A stretch of DNA of 64,000 bases from the IMG/VR virus record IMGVR_UViG_3300043446_004967, positions 46,898 to 110,897 of that record; one strand, written 5' to 3'. This document shows, piece by piece, positions 35,786 through 46,402 of the stretch; position 1 is the stretch's first letter; each line of letters starts with the position of its first letter. The DNA is from a virus. The notes under the pieces were generated by a model, which had not been told where the DNA came from, ran no database searches, and saw nothing but the letters and a program-made list of their open reading frames with translations. A program made the translations under genes and the position numbers.

Positions 35786-36334
35786 CTATTTTGAGGGCAA
35801 CCGACGCACGGGACGCTTAGCGGACGCGCGCGCCTTCTCCCCCCGCAATATGACGGCAGAACTTTTTTTTGCCGAGTCCGCAGGGGCCGTAACGATTTCG
35901 TGCCCGGGCGCATCTATCTCCCACTCCGCCGCGTCCGGGGATGCCTCGGCGGGCGCCCATTTAGGGTCCGTCCCTTTCGTAGGCCGAGAAACCTCTAACA
36001 CAGAAACCACGTCTTGCCCCGCCGAACTTCGAGCTGCCTCCTTCCCGACGCTCAGCGCCTCTAAGAACTGCGCCTCAGTTAACCGCCCCTCGCGGAACAA
36101 CCGCAACCAGCCGGCAGGGTCTATGACCGACGTAGACCCCGGGATATACCCGTATTTTCGCCCCTTATAACGAATGGTAGTCTCGGGCGGGAACCCGCTC
36201 GCCCGAAGGTAAGCCCCAAACGTGTTTTTTAGTAAAGTCGCCTGTTTGTTTTTTTTACTTTCGGCTTCCTTAGCCGCCGTCTCTAACTCAAGGTACGCTA
36301 GCGCGAGCGTCTTAAACTCCGCAAGGGTAGACAT
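35786..36334 (-). CDS. hypothetical protein
   Basis: 182 aa, in operon. Confidence 0.7.
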   Translation of the reverse strand: MSTLAEFKTLALAYLELETAAKEAESKKNKQATLLKNTFGAYLRASGFPPETTIRYKGRKYGYIPGSTSVIDPAGWLRLFREGRLTEAQFLEALSVGKEAARSSAGQDVVSVLEVSRPTKGTDPKWAPAEASPDAAEWEIDAPGHEIVTAPADSAKKSSAVILRGEKARASAKRPVRRLPSK

Positions 36335-36335
36335 G

Positions 36336-38975
36336 CTAGACTCTCCTTAATAATTTCCTCGGTTTTATGTTTCGGCGTAAAACGTGAACTTTACGTCGTG
36401 CACGTTCTTTACGTACTTCGACGGGCCCGCAGGTAACGTACCGAATGATGTCGTCCGCCGTCTTAACTGCGGTATCCGCAACTAACGCCTCCCACTTAGG
36501 GGAGAGTTCGTGCATCTCGGAAAGGTTATACCCTATTGAAACATCGGCCTCAATAGGAATCGGGAGCTTGAGGCCAAACCACTCCTCAAGAGGGTTCGTC
36601 TCCATGTAGTGTTTTATGGTTTTGCACGCCCACATGGCGTCTTCTTGCTTAACCAGCGAAATAATGGCGTCGTGTACGAACCCGCAAACACGCACCTTAT
36701 CCTTCGGCACTTCCGCGTTAATGCGCGTCATCGCCATCAAGCCCAAGTCGTTAGCGAAAGACTGTACAGGGGAATTTATAGCCTGGCGTTCCGCCTGCTT
36801 ACGCACGCCTTCGTCCTCGCTGAACACCGTAGGCAGGTGTCGTACCCTGCCGTTTAGCGATCTCACGTAGCCGTTCTTCTTGACAAACGCAATAACCTGC
36901 TCATGCCATCTGGATAAGTTAGCATAGGTTTTAAAGAAAAGAACCCGAACCTGCTCGGCCTCTTTATCCGTAAAATCTACGCCATAGTCGGTCTTAGCAT
37001 ACGTTTTGAATTTCTTCCACCACATCCCGTAGATGAACCCGAAATTTACCGCCTTAGCCTTCGTGCGGGCGTCTTTCCGCACTTCCGTCGTAAGCTCCTG
37101 AAACGCCTTAAGGCTAAGGCCCATCAACCGCGCCGCCGTGGCGGAGTGGATGTCCCCTCGCTCTTTGTAAATCTTGAGCATAGTGGGGTCATTCGCCATG
37201 ATAGCGACGACTCTAAGCTCAATCTGAGACAGGTCGGACTCAACAAACACATAGCCCGGCGGGGCACGAAAGATCTTGCGGTAAGCCTTCGCTAACGCCC
37301 CCCTCTTCGGGAAGTTCTGCCCGTTTGGGTCGCGCGACGCCGTCCGTCCTGTTGAGGTAGCGTGCAGCAGATAAGTAGGAAACACACGCCCGTCATGGAT
37401 ATATTTTGTGAATCCGTTAACATACGTATTCAACAACTTGTCCACTTTGTTGTAGTCCATCAACCGCGCGACAAGCGGATGTTCCGCGAAGTAGGATAAA
37501 TGATCCTTAGCCGAGGTGCTGGCAACGGGAGCCTCTTTTGGGCTGGTTTTTGTAAACACCTTCGGCGAAAGACAAAGACCCGCCGGATGGGAGAACAGCC
37601 ACGCACGTATAAGGTCCGCTCGGTTAAACTTGATGCCTACCCCCGTGGACGCGAACTCCTCGCGTATATGCCTCGGCAATAACCGGTTAAGTTCTGCCCT
37701 ATTCGCGGCCTGCCTTTCCTCAAGGAACGCTTTAAAATTCGCAAACTCCTCTGGGTCAATACATAGCCCCGGACGCTCCGCGTCGCAGAACATCCGCATA
37801 GCGGGCTGCGTAACTCGACGGTAAGAGTTGTAGGCGCGCGCGTCTTTTCTCAGCATCGGGGAAAGCACATGAAACAAACGTAAACAAGCGTCCACGTCAC
37901 CGGCGCCGTAAGGGAGCATCTTCTCCGGGCGGAACAAGTCCATCCTCGACTTTCCTTGATGCTCTGGGTCAGTGTTGTAGGCGTCATTGTACCCGGCCAT
38001 CTCCGGCACGTACAACCTGACGCACTCATCCAAACTTTTAGAGATCTGGTTCTCGTCCAAGCCGTGCGTCAACAGGATAGTGTCCCCGTAGTAGTTGGCG
38101 ACGTTAATCCCTAGCTTTTCTCGTAAAAAATGGACGTCAAATTTAAAATTATGGCCGATGACCTTGACCTTCGGGTTTTCCAACAACAACTTCAACTGGC
38201 GCACCACTCGCGCACGCGAGTAAGTCGAGTCAGTAGGGGCTAACGCATAGTCAATCGGTATGGCCACGGCCTCCCCCGGCGTTCGGCAAAGCTGAACCGT
38301 AAGAATCTTGGTGTCCGACGCGTACCACTTTAACCCCGTGGTTTCCGTGTCCACGCACAAAAGCTCCGGAGGGTTTCTTAACCACTCTCGCAAGTCCCAA
38401 CACCACCTGTACCGCTTCCCTGCGCCGGAAGCCCCTTCAGCGGAAAGAGCGTACCCCGCCGTTTTTAGCGCGGCTAACCTCCGCATGTCAGTCTCGTAAG
38501 TGTGCTGTAAGTTCGGCACCCGACGAATGTGCGTCAAGCTCAACGTCGGGAGGATCACGACGCCCTCGCGTTTTTCGTCCGGAACGGGAACCCCGCGCGC
38601 GACCGTAATCTTAACGGCGCGCCCGAAAACCTGCCGCGCCGCGCACTTTCCGGAGGCCACAATCACGCGCGGGGCCAAGCGAGCGACCTCCGCGTCAAAC
38701 GCCTCCTTATACGCCTTCAGATGCTCCGCCGTCTGCTTTTCGCTCTTGTACGCCTCCGGGGTTAAGGGAGGCGCGGCGGCCAAGATCAACGCCGTCTCCC
38801 CCGTGTAACCCATCGCTTTCAGGTCCGTAATAATCTTTTCGGTGTCCTTAGCGTTAACCCCAGGATGCCCCGGGATTAAATGAGAAGGCGCCACCGCAGG
38901 TTCTACAACAAACAATATTTCAGGGCGACGCGCACGGCCCACACGAGGCAGCGCCGCCGCAACCGAATTAGTCAT
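36336..38975 (-). CDS. family A DNA polymerase with N-terminal UDG-like domain
   Basis: DTETTG exo I, HNFKFD, DLSQIELR, KAVNFGFIYG, VHDA; N-terminus ILFVVEP...PRVIVASG..A resembles family-4 UDG fold. Confidence 0.95.
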   Translation of the reverse strand: MTNSVAAALPRVGRARRPEILFVVEPAVAPSHLIPGHPGVNAKDTEKIITDLKAMGYTGETALILAAAPPLTPEAYKSEKQTAEHLKAYKEAFDAEVARLAPRVIVASGKCAARQVFGRAVKITVARGVPVPDEKREGVVILPTLSLTHIRRVPNLQHTYETDMRRLAALKTAGYALSAEGASGAGKRYRWCWDLREWLRNPPELLCVDTETTGLKWYASDTKILTVQLCRTPGEAVAIPIDYALAPTDSTYSRARVVRQLKLLLENPKVKVIGHNFKFDVHFLREKLGINVANYYGDTILLTHGLDENQISKSLDECVRLYVPEMAGYNDAYNTDPEHQGKSRMDLFRPEKMLPYGAGDVDACLRLFHVLSPMLRKDARAYNSYRRVTQPAMRMFCDAERPGLCIDPEEFANFKAFLEERQAANRAELNRLLPRHIREEFASTGVGIKFNRADLIRAWLFSHPAGLCLSPKVFTKTSPKEAPVASTSAKDHLSYFAEHPLVARLMDYNKVDKLLNTYVNGFTKYIHDGRVFPTYLLHATSTGRTASRDPNGQNFPKRGALAKAYRKIFRAPPGYVFVESDLSQIELRVVAIMANDPTMLKIYKERGDIHSATAARLMGLSLKAFQELTTEVRKDARTKAKAVNFGFIYGMWWKKFKTYAKTDYGVDFTDKEAEQVRVLFFKTYANLSRWHEQVIAFVKKNGYVRSLNGRVRHLPTVFSEDEGVRKQAERQAINSPVQSFANDLGLMAMTRINAEVPKDKVRVCGFVHDAIISLVKQEDAMWACKTIKHYMETNPLEEWFGLKLPIPIEADVSIGYNLSEMHELSPKWEALVADTAVKTADDIIRYVTCGPVEVRKERARRKVHVLRRNIKPRKLLRRV

Positions 38976-38986
38976 GGCTTACCTCT

Positions 38987-40297
38987 TTAAAAATCTAAGA
39001 TGATCGGGGCGGTGCCAGCAGCCGCAGGCGCGTCCTGTGTTACGACGGAAAAGTTAGGCACAGGGGTAAAGCTATAGTTGAGCAACCATTGCCCTTGCTC
39101 ACCCTCACGTCCTTTTAATAGGCCGAGCCATCGCCGATCCGCTTGATGCGGCGGGTCCGCCGCCGCAAGTCCGAACACCAACGAAGAAACCTGCCCGACA
39201 ACGTCGGTCTCCGCAATCTTCTCCAAACCGAGATGAGAGAGAGGGTGCACGTCTTCCGCGTTAGCCCCGGTGCGCGCGGGCTGCCTGACGGCCTGCCGGT
39301 TAAACTGCACGGTCACGAGTACGGGACGGTTAAAATCCTTAGCGAGCGCCCCCAGCTCCTCAATGACATCGGACACGGTCTCCCTCCTGCCGCTCTGGCC
39401 GTGTCTCTTCTTCTCCGGGGTCAAAAGGTACGCCGCGTCCACGCAAATAACATCAGGGAGGCTGTCCATACAGATCGCCCGGACGGTCTCCACCGACTTC
39501 TTGAAGTTGCCCGCAACGAAATTAAACGGAATCCCGGAAGCCGCCATCGTAACCGCCGAGGCTTTCACGTAATCGAACGCGCCCGTCGATAAACCTCGAC
39601 GAAACATGCGGGGGTTAATGCCCGTGTGCATGGCTTGGACGCGACGGATAACCTGTAAGACCGTCATTTCCATCGACACAAACAACACGCTGCGACCGGC
39701 GGACCATGCCGAGTAGGCGCTGTGCAATAGAACCCATGATTTCCCTTGTCCGGGACGGCCCACAAACGTAATGAGATCCCCTTGCTGCCATCCGTCAGTC
39801 ACCGCGTCGATTGCCGCCCAGCCCGTAGCGACCCCCCGTAACCCCGAAATCCACTGCGTCAGCTCCTGGTCGTCAATGGACGACCGCAGCGCGGACTCCA
39901 GCGTAACGACGCCTCCTTCACCGAGCGATAAAGACCGCTCAACGCGTAGAACCTCGCGCGCTACCTCCACAGCCGCCGAAGCGTCCTGGCCTCTCAGCGC
40001 CTCTGAAAACGCCTGCAAATGAGGAAAAACCCCGAGGTATAACGCGCGCTCCCTTGCGCGCGCTACATAGTACGAAACCGGCTCGGGGACACGGACCAGC
40101 TCAACCCCCGTTTCCCGCAAAAAAGTGCGCGGAGCAGGAAACGCCCTATGGGTATGTACATATTCGCACAGCCAAACAAAAGCTTCGCGTTCTTCGCCTT
40201 GTAAAAAAAAAGCGGCAGGAACTTCCCTCAGCGCAGACGCGGAGCCCTCTCTGCGTAAGGCGGAAAGAAGCTCTATTCCTTCCGATCTAGGCGGCAC
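38987..40297 (-). CDS. dnaB: DnaB-like replicative helicase
   Basis: GRPGQGKSW, SMEM, VDAAY, QFNR, KGREG. Confidence 0.92.
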   Translation of the reverse strand: MPPRSEGIELLSALRREGSASALREVPAAFFLQGEEREAFVWLCEYVHTHRAFPAPRTFLRETGVELVRVPEPVSYYVARARERALYLGVFPHLQAFSEALRGQDASAAVEVAREVLRVERSLSLGEGGVVTLESALRSSIDDQELTQWISGLRGVATGWAAIDAVTDGWQQGDLITFVGRPGQGKSWVLLHSAYSAWSAGRSVLFVSMEMTVLQVIRRVQAMHTGINPRMFRRGLSTGAFDYVKASAVTMAASGIPFNFVAGNFKKSVETVRAICMDSLPDVICVDAAYLLTPEKKRHGQSGRRETVSDVIEELGALAKDFNRPVLVTVQFNRQAVRQPARTGANAEDVHPLSHLGLEKIAETDVVGQVSSLVFGLAAADPPHQADRRWLGLLKGREGEQGQWLLNYSFTPVPNFSVVTQDAPAAAGTAPIILDF

Positions 40298-40928
40298 ACA
40301 TAACCTCCCGGACTTGCTGGTCTATCTCCGCCCGGAGATCGCCGGGCCACCAGTGCATCCCTTGAACGCCGGAGGACGAACTGAGATACAGCCGGGTGCC
40401 TTTTGCTAATTTTTTATGCAAAAAGTCCGCCACATGGCTTAGCTCCGCCGCCGTATATGGACACTCCGTCGTCCCGTCATAAAAAGACGAAATGAATAAG
40501 GCCCCGCAACGCTCAATCAAGGATATGACTTCCGCATCCACCTCGGAAAGACCGGACTTTGTGACAAGCGTCGTCAACCATCGTAGGGAGATAAAATAGG
40601 ACGTTGTCTTACCTCCGAACAATTGGTGTTGCGTGTACAACAACTCCTTCGTTAACGCTTTAAACACGGGCAACCGAACGGCGGCTTCTCCGGAAACAAG
40701 AATCCCTTTCCCCGCAACGCAATCCTCGCGGAAAGACGTTCCGGAGCCTTCCATATCCGTCAAATACCGGCGGAGCATTAACCCCGTGCGGCCGGTGCTC
40801 AACAAGCTATGCTCGATAAACGACTGCGGCACGTTACAACCTTTGAGGACCGCCGCGCAGATCTCCTTATGGGAAGGGGCCTCCGGCGGCCCGTTTACGT
40901 CGTTAGCTAAGCGGGGGGTCTCAAACAC
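40287..40928 (-). CDS. DnaC-like helicase loader, degenerate P-loop
   Basis: position between initiator and DnaB; GKGILVSG without GKT. Confidence 0.55.
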   Translation of the reverse strand: MFETPRLANDVNGPPEAPSHKEICAAVLKGCNVPQSFIEHSLLSTGRTGLMLRRYLTDMEGSGTSFREDCVAGKGILVSGEAAVRLPVFKALTKELLYTQHQLFGGKTTSYFISLRWLTTLVTKSGLSEVDAEVISLIERCGALFISSFYDGTTECPYTAAELSHVADFLHKKLAKGTRLYLSSSSGVQGMHWWPGDLRAEIDQQVREVMCAA

Positions 40929-42727
40929 TACTCGTTCCCCTCCTCGCCCTTAGCCTCACGAGCCTCACGAGCCTCACGCGCGTCTCTCGCAGCCAAAAAG
41001 GCGGCGAGTCCGCCATGAGCAAGCCCTGCCGGCGGGACGCCGCCACGAGTAGCCGCCGCACCGTCGTAGCTTACGGCAGCGCGAGGCCCATGAGCAGCGA
41101 AACTCGTGCGCAACGTCTGGAGCATTTGCTGGAGTTCGGTAACGCGTGTTTCCAGTTCGGAAATGCGTTGGTCCTTTTCGGCAAGCTGCGCCTGCGCTTG
41201 GGACAAGCCCGCCTGTGCCGCCGTTACCTCCGTGCGCAAGCGCACGCTGCCCGAACCCTTCGGCGCGAGCGGGTCAACGCAGCGCTTATACGCAGGTAAA
41301 AATTTGTTAATATGTTTTACCAAGAACAGCAAGTTCGGAGTTCTCGGACAGTTCGCGGCATACTTTACGCCGACACACTCCTCCAAGATTGTGGCCCAGT
41401 TACGAATAACCGTGGAGAAGAAATCCGCAGGATCTATGTCCTCAGGAAAAGCTTTTTCTACCAGCCGCGCCATTTGCGCTTTTTCCGCAACGGTCCATAG
41501 GTGGGGCGGAAGCGCAGGAAAAGCCTGTTCCACCGCGTTATCCCACGCGATGCGTGCTGCGCGAGCCGCCGAACCTTTTGTCCGCATAGCGCCCCGCTCA
41601 GCTAACCGATTCGTTACCGCTGTTTTGACGTTTTCAGATATGTTAAATAGTATCTCCTTCTGCTCCGCAGAAGAACGGGCAGGAACAGGTTTTTGCCGTG
41701 AGGGTGAGAGATCCTTTTTCGAGGTGGAATCCCGCGAAGAATTGTTATCTGAGTTATTTTTCATTTCTACAACTTTAAACTTATTAATTTTACGTAACAA
41801 TCTACCCCGGCTACAAGTAGCCGGTTCTAGGCTAGCGCTGTCGCAGGTTGGAATCAACTCCTCCGTTGGGTTTCCTGGAAAAACAGACTGAGAGGTTGAA
41901 GGACACTTTTGCAGTGGGGTATCGACCTGCCCTTCCTTTTTCGGTCCTCGTTTTTTTCCTTTATCTTCCGTCGAGCCGGTTCCGGCGAGACGGATCGGGA
42001 GGATAACTTCTTCGTTTAACTTCTTCTTCTTTTTACTTCTTATATTAAAGGTTCTGGCAAGTGTGACATCTCCCCCTATCGCACTTTCGCCGTCACCCCC
42101 TATCGCAAGCGTGGCACCACCCCCATTGCCACTTGGGGCCGTATTTTCGGAGGTAATCGAGGGGCCAGCGGCTCTCGTTTCGGCGCTCTTTTTCGCTTTC
42201 TTTTTGGGCTTTTTCGGGCAGGTTATCGGAGTAGGCTCTTTTCCTGCGGGGACATACAAGTGGAAATCATCCTGAAACGGGCGAATATCTTCCGGTCTCC
42301 ACGCGAAGTTTAACCCCATTAGCTTACGGGATTCCATCAAACTTACATTGTAATCCTCCTCCGGTCTCTCTTTTTTTGGGCAACCTCCAGGATGGCCTAC
42401 TGTTATTATACCTTTTTCAGTGAGACTTTTTACCGCGCGTAATACTTGTCTTTTGCTTTTTCCTGTACCTTGAGTGACCATTACACGTTTATTGGTCTCA
42501 GGATCAGTGACAAATACACCATGTGTTAGTTGGCTAGTGCTTATCCGTTCCTGTGTTTTTTTAAATTGTAATGTTCTTAAAGCAATAAACAGCATCACTT
42601 TCAGTTCGGCTCCGTCGAGATGGGGAGCGAAAAGTTCAAGCGCATCCTTCACAGTAGGGAGCACATCTTGCCTCTTTTGATCAAAGTTCTTAAGTCTTAG
42701 ATTGACTTTCAGCGCATTAGCGGCCAT
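40928..42727 (-). CDS. putative replication initiator (N-terminal winged HTH, C-terminal coiled coil)
   Basis: LDGAELKVMLFIALRT...IS.SQL....TGKSKRQV.RAVKSL.EKGII, O-protein-like. Confidence 0.7.
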   Translation of the reverse strand: MAANALKVNLRLKNFDQKRQDVLPTVKDALELFAPHLDGAELKVMLFIALRTLQFKKTQERISTSQLTHGVFVTDPETNKRVMVTQGTGKSKRQVLRAVKSLTEKGIITVGHPGGCPKKERPEEDYNVSLMESRKLMGLNFAWRPEDIRPFQDDFHLYVPAGKEPTPITCPKKPKKKAKKSAETRAAGPSITSENTAPSGNGGGATLAIGGDGESAIGGDVTLARTFNIRSKKKKKLNEEVILPIRLAGTGSTEDKGKKRGPKKEGQVDTPLQKCPSTSQSVFPGNPTEELIPTCDSASLEPATCSRGRLLRKINKFKVVEMKNNSDNNSSRDSTSKKDLSPSRQKPVPARSSAEQKEILFNISENVKTAVTNRLAERGAMRTKGSAARAARIAWDNAVEQAFPALPPHLWTVAEKAQMARLVEKAFPEDIDPADFFSTVIRNWATILEECVGVKYAANCPRTPNLLFLVKHINKFLPAYKRCVDPLAPKGSGSVRLRTEVTAAQAGLSQAQAQLAEKDQRISELETRVTELQQMLQTLRTSFAAHGPRAAVSYDGAAATRGGVPPAGLAHGGLAAFLAARDAREAREAREAKGEEGNE

Positions 42728-42940
42728 AATCCTCTCCGGGGAATAAGCTCCATGAAAACCCCACAGAAGCCCATGATAGGGAGCCGCTGAGGGGGGCTAA
42801 GCGGTAAGTCTTAGCCGCCGAGCGGCTTCCTGTCAAGGGTGCCCCCCTCTAGCGCGGAGAAAAAAGAACGTGGTGTTTTCTCCTTTTTGCACCGTCGTTG
42901 GTTACGTTTCTTTTCTCTCCGCGCGTTGAGTAATCCTGCC

Positions 42941-43851
42941 ATGCCCTCCCCTTTTACATTCATTGACCTGTGCGCCGGCATAGGCGGTATGCGCATTCCT
43001 TTTGGCGCACTTGGCGGGGAATGTGTTTTTTCTTCCGAGATAGACCCGCATTGTCAACGGGTGTATGCGGCGAACTTTGGGGAGTCCCCCTTTGGCGACA
43101 TTACCTCCTTGTCGCCTGACGCCGTGCCGGACCATGACCTTTTATTGGCCGGGTTTCCTTGCCAAGCTTTCAGCGTTATTGGACGGCAGTTAGGGTTTTC
43201 CGATACGCGCGGGACGCTCTTTTTTAGTATTGCGCAGATTCTCCAAGCCAAACGACCACGCGCCTTTCTGTTAGAGAACGTTAAACAGCTCCGGACACAC
43301 GATGAGGGCCGCACTTTTTTGACGATCCTCCGCACGTTGGAAGGCTTAGGTTACGTGGTGTATCACACCGTGCTCAATTCTCTGGATTTCGGGGTTCCCC
43401 AGAAAAGAGAACGCACCTACATTGTGGGGCTTTTGGGCGGCGGCGCCTTTTCCTTTCCGTCGAAAAAAACGGACTACGATCTGTCGTCCGTGCTGGAACC
43501 CGAGAACGGCGTAGGTTCAAAGTATTTCGCCTCTGAGCATATTCGAGTTAGCCGACGTGAGCGGGTAGGTTTCGTGCCTTCCGGCCCCTCCGTCTGGCAT
43601 GAGAATAAGAGCGGAAACGTGTCAGCCCTGCCCTGCCCTATTCTTGCGCGCTGCGGGCGTATGCGTCTTATAATTATCTGTTGGTCAACGGGGAGCGCAG
43701 GTTCACCGAAAGGGAGCTGCTTCGCTTACAGGGGTTCCCCGAGCACTTTGAGGCCCCCGTAAGCTATGGTCATGTACGAAGGCAAACCGGCAATGCCGTT
43801 ACGGTGACGGTAATTCAGGCGATTGCCGGCCCTCTGGTCGCCGCTCTTTAG
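42941..43851 (+). pseudogene. frameshifted DNA (cytosine-5)-methyltransferase
   Basis: DLCAGIGG, GFPCQAFS, ENV, QKRER in one frame; RELLRLQGFP and GNAV continue in another frame after (GCCCT)3 at 43625-43639. Confidence 0.88.
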
Positions 43852-44402
43852 TAGGAAGGTCGGCGCCGAGTGTTGAACTTTCCTCGTGACCGTAAGGAAA
43901 GCTGTTCGCTTTCCCACGGATAGTAAAGATTAATACCCAGACGTATTGCTTTGTTCGGGTACTCGGGGTCTTCTGCCCCCCACAGTTTTCCCAGTTCCAT
44001 CAAATCCTTGATGGTCGGAATCACTTTGTTAACGTGAGTAAGCATCCCTGGCATATACGGAGGCTCTTCGTCGAAAAGCCCGTTCCGCATCCCATTGATA
44101 AACATCTGATAGCCGAAATAGTGGGAAACCCTGCCTTTTGCTAAGGTCTCCATATATATGTAGGTCATGATAGCTATTTCGGCGAACGTAGAGCTATGTG
44201 TTATGATGGGCCATACGGATTCCAGCGGAATACCATGCTCCGGGTCTATGGGGTCAGGTTCCCTTAAGCTCTCGACGGTGGGGAAGCCGAAGTCTCGATA
44301 ATCCGTTTTTGGCGGAGGAGGGGGGGTTTCTTTTTTAGGGTGGGGCAGGTACGCCCTTTGTTGAGGAAAGGCTACAAAAATAACGTTCTCTTTTTCTGTC
44401 AT
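43848..44402 (-). CDS. winged-HTH protein, paralog of the initiator N-terminus
   Basis: AEIAIMTYIYMETL / IKDLMELGKL / LGIN aligns with AELKVMLFIALRTL / VKSLTEKGII / MGLN. Confidence 0.6.
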   Translation of the reverse strand: MTEKENVIFVAFPQQRAYLPHPKKETPPPPPKTDYRDFGFPTVESLREPDPIDPEHGIPLESVWPIITHSSTFAEIAIMTYIYMETLAKGRVSHYFGYQMFINGMRNGLFDEEPPYMPGMLTHVNKVIPTIKDLMELGKLWGAEDPEYPNKAIRLGINLYYPWESEQLSLRSRGKFNTRRRPSY

Positions 44403-44531
44403 GATTTTATTGTTTCTAGGGTTATACCCCTATGTGTATGGCACGGCTCCTCCTTTCTTGCAAGCGTTCTATCTTTGTCGTACTCTACGGGAGTAGCCGG
44501 TCTTAGCTTTGCCCTCTTTACCGGCTACTTC

Positions 44532-45377
44532 TCAGCTTTTCGCGTTTTGGGGAAAATTAAACCCTGAGCTTCGCCAGATTTCGCTGACCGGGCGGTTTCC
44601 GTTATAATCTTCCATCACCCTCGGCAAGTCGCTTATCTTGCGCACGATAGCAAAGGGTTTTCCTTCGCTGTACTCCCGTCTAAAGAAGACTACTTCCTCC
44701 GGTTCCGCGTAGAACAAAGAGTCAGGTTGGTATATCGTGGCGATCTTCTGCACCTCTCGGTCCGCCTGCACTTCCGCGTGTAACGTTTCCCTTAGACAAA
44801 TCTGATCGGCAGGGTAAACCCCTCGTTCGATGTTCTCCGTCATCTGCAAGGCGCCGCCGCTAGGCAACAGGAACCGCAACGCCGCATACGATTCTTCGTC
44901 CGTGTCTCGCAGGCGTGTCGCTAGAGGTACGTCCTTTTCACTTATGCTTAGGGTTTTCGCGCGTGGTTGCGGGCGCTCCGTAGACGAAACGATCTCCGAT
45001 AGGGTCTCCTCCACCACAAAAGTTCCCCCCTCCCACACAATCTTTATGAGATAGATGTGTTTCTTCCGTTGAGGGAGGGCAGGATCATACGGGTCGAGCG
45101 TTTCTAGTATCAGAGAAATATGCGTGCTCCGCGCGCGGCGCGTCTCGCCAAATCCTCTTAAGTTGGCGAAGGACACCATGCCGGCTTCGCCTCCTCGTTC
45201 TTTTACAAGCTCTACCGCAGATCGCCCGGAGGCCAAACTTTGTGCAAACTTGATCGCGTCGAGCAAGGTGGACTTGCCTGTGCCCGTGTCCCCGACTAAG
45301 AAGATCAGCCTAGGAAGGTGCTGCAATGAGGTATTCGCGTGAAGCCTGTAGTTGTACAGGCCGAGGGAAACTATCAT
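44532..45377 (-). CDS. degenerate AAA_21/SMC-like ABC ATPase
   Basis: NYR, GDTGTGKSTLLDAI, ERGG; Walker B and H-loop eroded (ENIERGVYP, TIYQP). Confidence 0.7.
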   Translation of the reverse strand: MIVSLGLYNYRLHANTSLQHLPRLIFLVGDTGTGKSTLLDAIKFAQSLASGRSAVELVKERGGEAGMVSFANLRGFGETRRARSTHISLILETLDPYDPALPQRKKHIYLIKIVWEGGTFVVEETLSEIVSSTERPQPRAKTLSISEKDVPLATRLRDTDEESYAALRFLLPSGGALQMTENIERGVYPADQICLRETLHAEVQADREVQKIATIYQPDSLFYAEPEEVVFFRREYSEGKPFAIVRKISDLPRVMEDYNGNRPVSEIWRSSGFNFPQNAKS

Positions 45378-45844
45378 AACCCGTGCTCTACCTCGTTAAC
45401 GTAAATGTTTGCTTCTAAAAAAAGTTCTATAGCTTTCTGTTGGCTGTCCGCCCATGTACTTGCCTTGTCCCTCTGTGGGAATGTGACGTAGCGCATGCCC
45501 GAGGCTATAATGACTCCAGCGCAGCGTACACACGGCGGTTTTGTCACATAAAGCACACGCGGACGATGGTTCGACCGTAGGCAGCTGAGAATGGCGGAGA
45601 TCTCCGCATGGATCACGATTTGGTTTTTTACCTCCTTGTCGTGCCACCGGTCGTCATCCGCTATTCCGTTTGGAAACCGGTTTACACCATAAAAAGAGTT
45701 TCCCGTCGCCGTCTGCACCACGGCGCCTACTTTATCTCTGGGGTCATGGCTATGGGACTGCGCATAAGAAAAGGCCCCCCGAAGGGGGCCTTCCACGCTG
45801 CGAAAGTGTTCGCTTCCTTTTTTTATAAAGGTGTATCTCTCCAT
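45374..45844 (-). CDS. dCMP deaminase
   Basis: DP..KVGAV, HAE, PCVRC. Confidence 0.92.
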   Translation of the reverse strand: MERYTFIKKGSEHFRSVEGPLRGAFSYAQSHSHDPRDKVGAVVQTATGNSFYGVNRFPNGIADDDRWHDKEVKNQIVIHAEISAILSCLRSNHRPRVLYVTKPPCVRCAGVIIASGMRYVTFPQRDKASTWADSQQKAIELFLEANIYVNEVEHGL

Positions 45845-45848
45845 TAAT

Positions 45849-46163
45849 TTATCTCCACAGTGATATACCTTGTATTTTTTGCTGTTGGATTACAGTGATT
45901 TCTTTATCTACCGCGTCTTCATAGGACATAAAGTACGCGGTTTTTCCGTTTTCAGTGTAGACACCGTTGGGCCATAGAGCCTTCAGCTTATCGTCCTGAA
46001 ACTGGATATAGAATTTTTGTGCCTGTTGACAAAAGAGTATTTCGCTTACTCTTTTGACGTTCCTTGTTCCATGCACCGGCGGTTTAAAGAACCCGTCCTT
46101 TAAGAGGTGCTCGCAATCACCTCCGGGAAGGATACGTAAAACCATTCGTTTCACGACGCGCAT
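45849..46163 (-). CDS. hypothetical protein
   Basis: follows DUF2997 gene; RVSEI motif. Confidence 0.65.
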   Translation of the reverse strand: MRVVKRMVLRILPGGDCEHLLKDGFFKPPVHGTRNVKRVSEILFCQQAQKFYIQFQDDKLKALWPNGVYTENGKTAYFMSYEDAVDKEITVIQQQKIQGISLWR

Positions 46164-46363
46164 CCCGCCTTTACGGTTTCCGTGGAGGTCTGGGTCTGGT
46201 ACATCTCCGGTTTTTCCTGCGCGTCTGTTTGTGCCCCTGAAACATATTTTAGCGCGGCTTCCGTCGCAGCCTTGCAGCCTACCCCTTGGAAGTTTTGTGC
46301 GTCCACTTGGACGTGTTGCCCGTTCGGGCTGACTGTGATTACCAATCTCTTTCCTGCGGTCAT
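46151..46363 (-). CDS. DUF2997-like protein
   Basis: I.VSPNG..V.V....FQG.GC..AT...KPEMY. Confidence 0.8.
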   Translation of the reverse strand: MTAGKRLVITVSPNGQHVQVDAQNFQGVGCKAATEAALKYVSGAQTDAQEKPEMYQTQTSTETVKAGCAS

Positions 46364-46402
46364 TTTATTTTATTACCTTTTTTTATAAGTTAAGCTTTTT
46401 TT

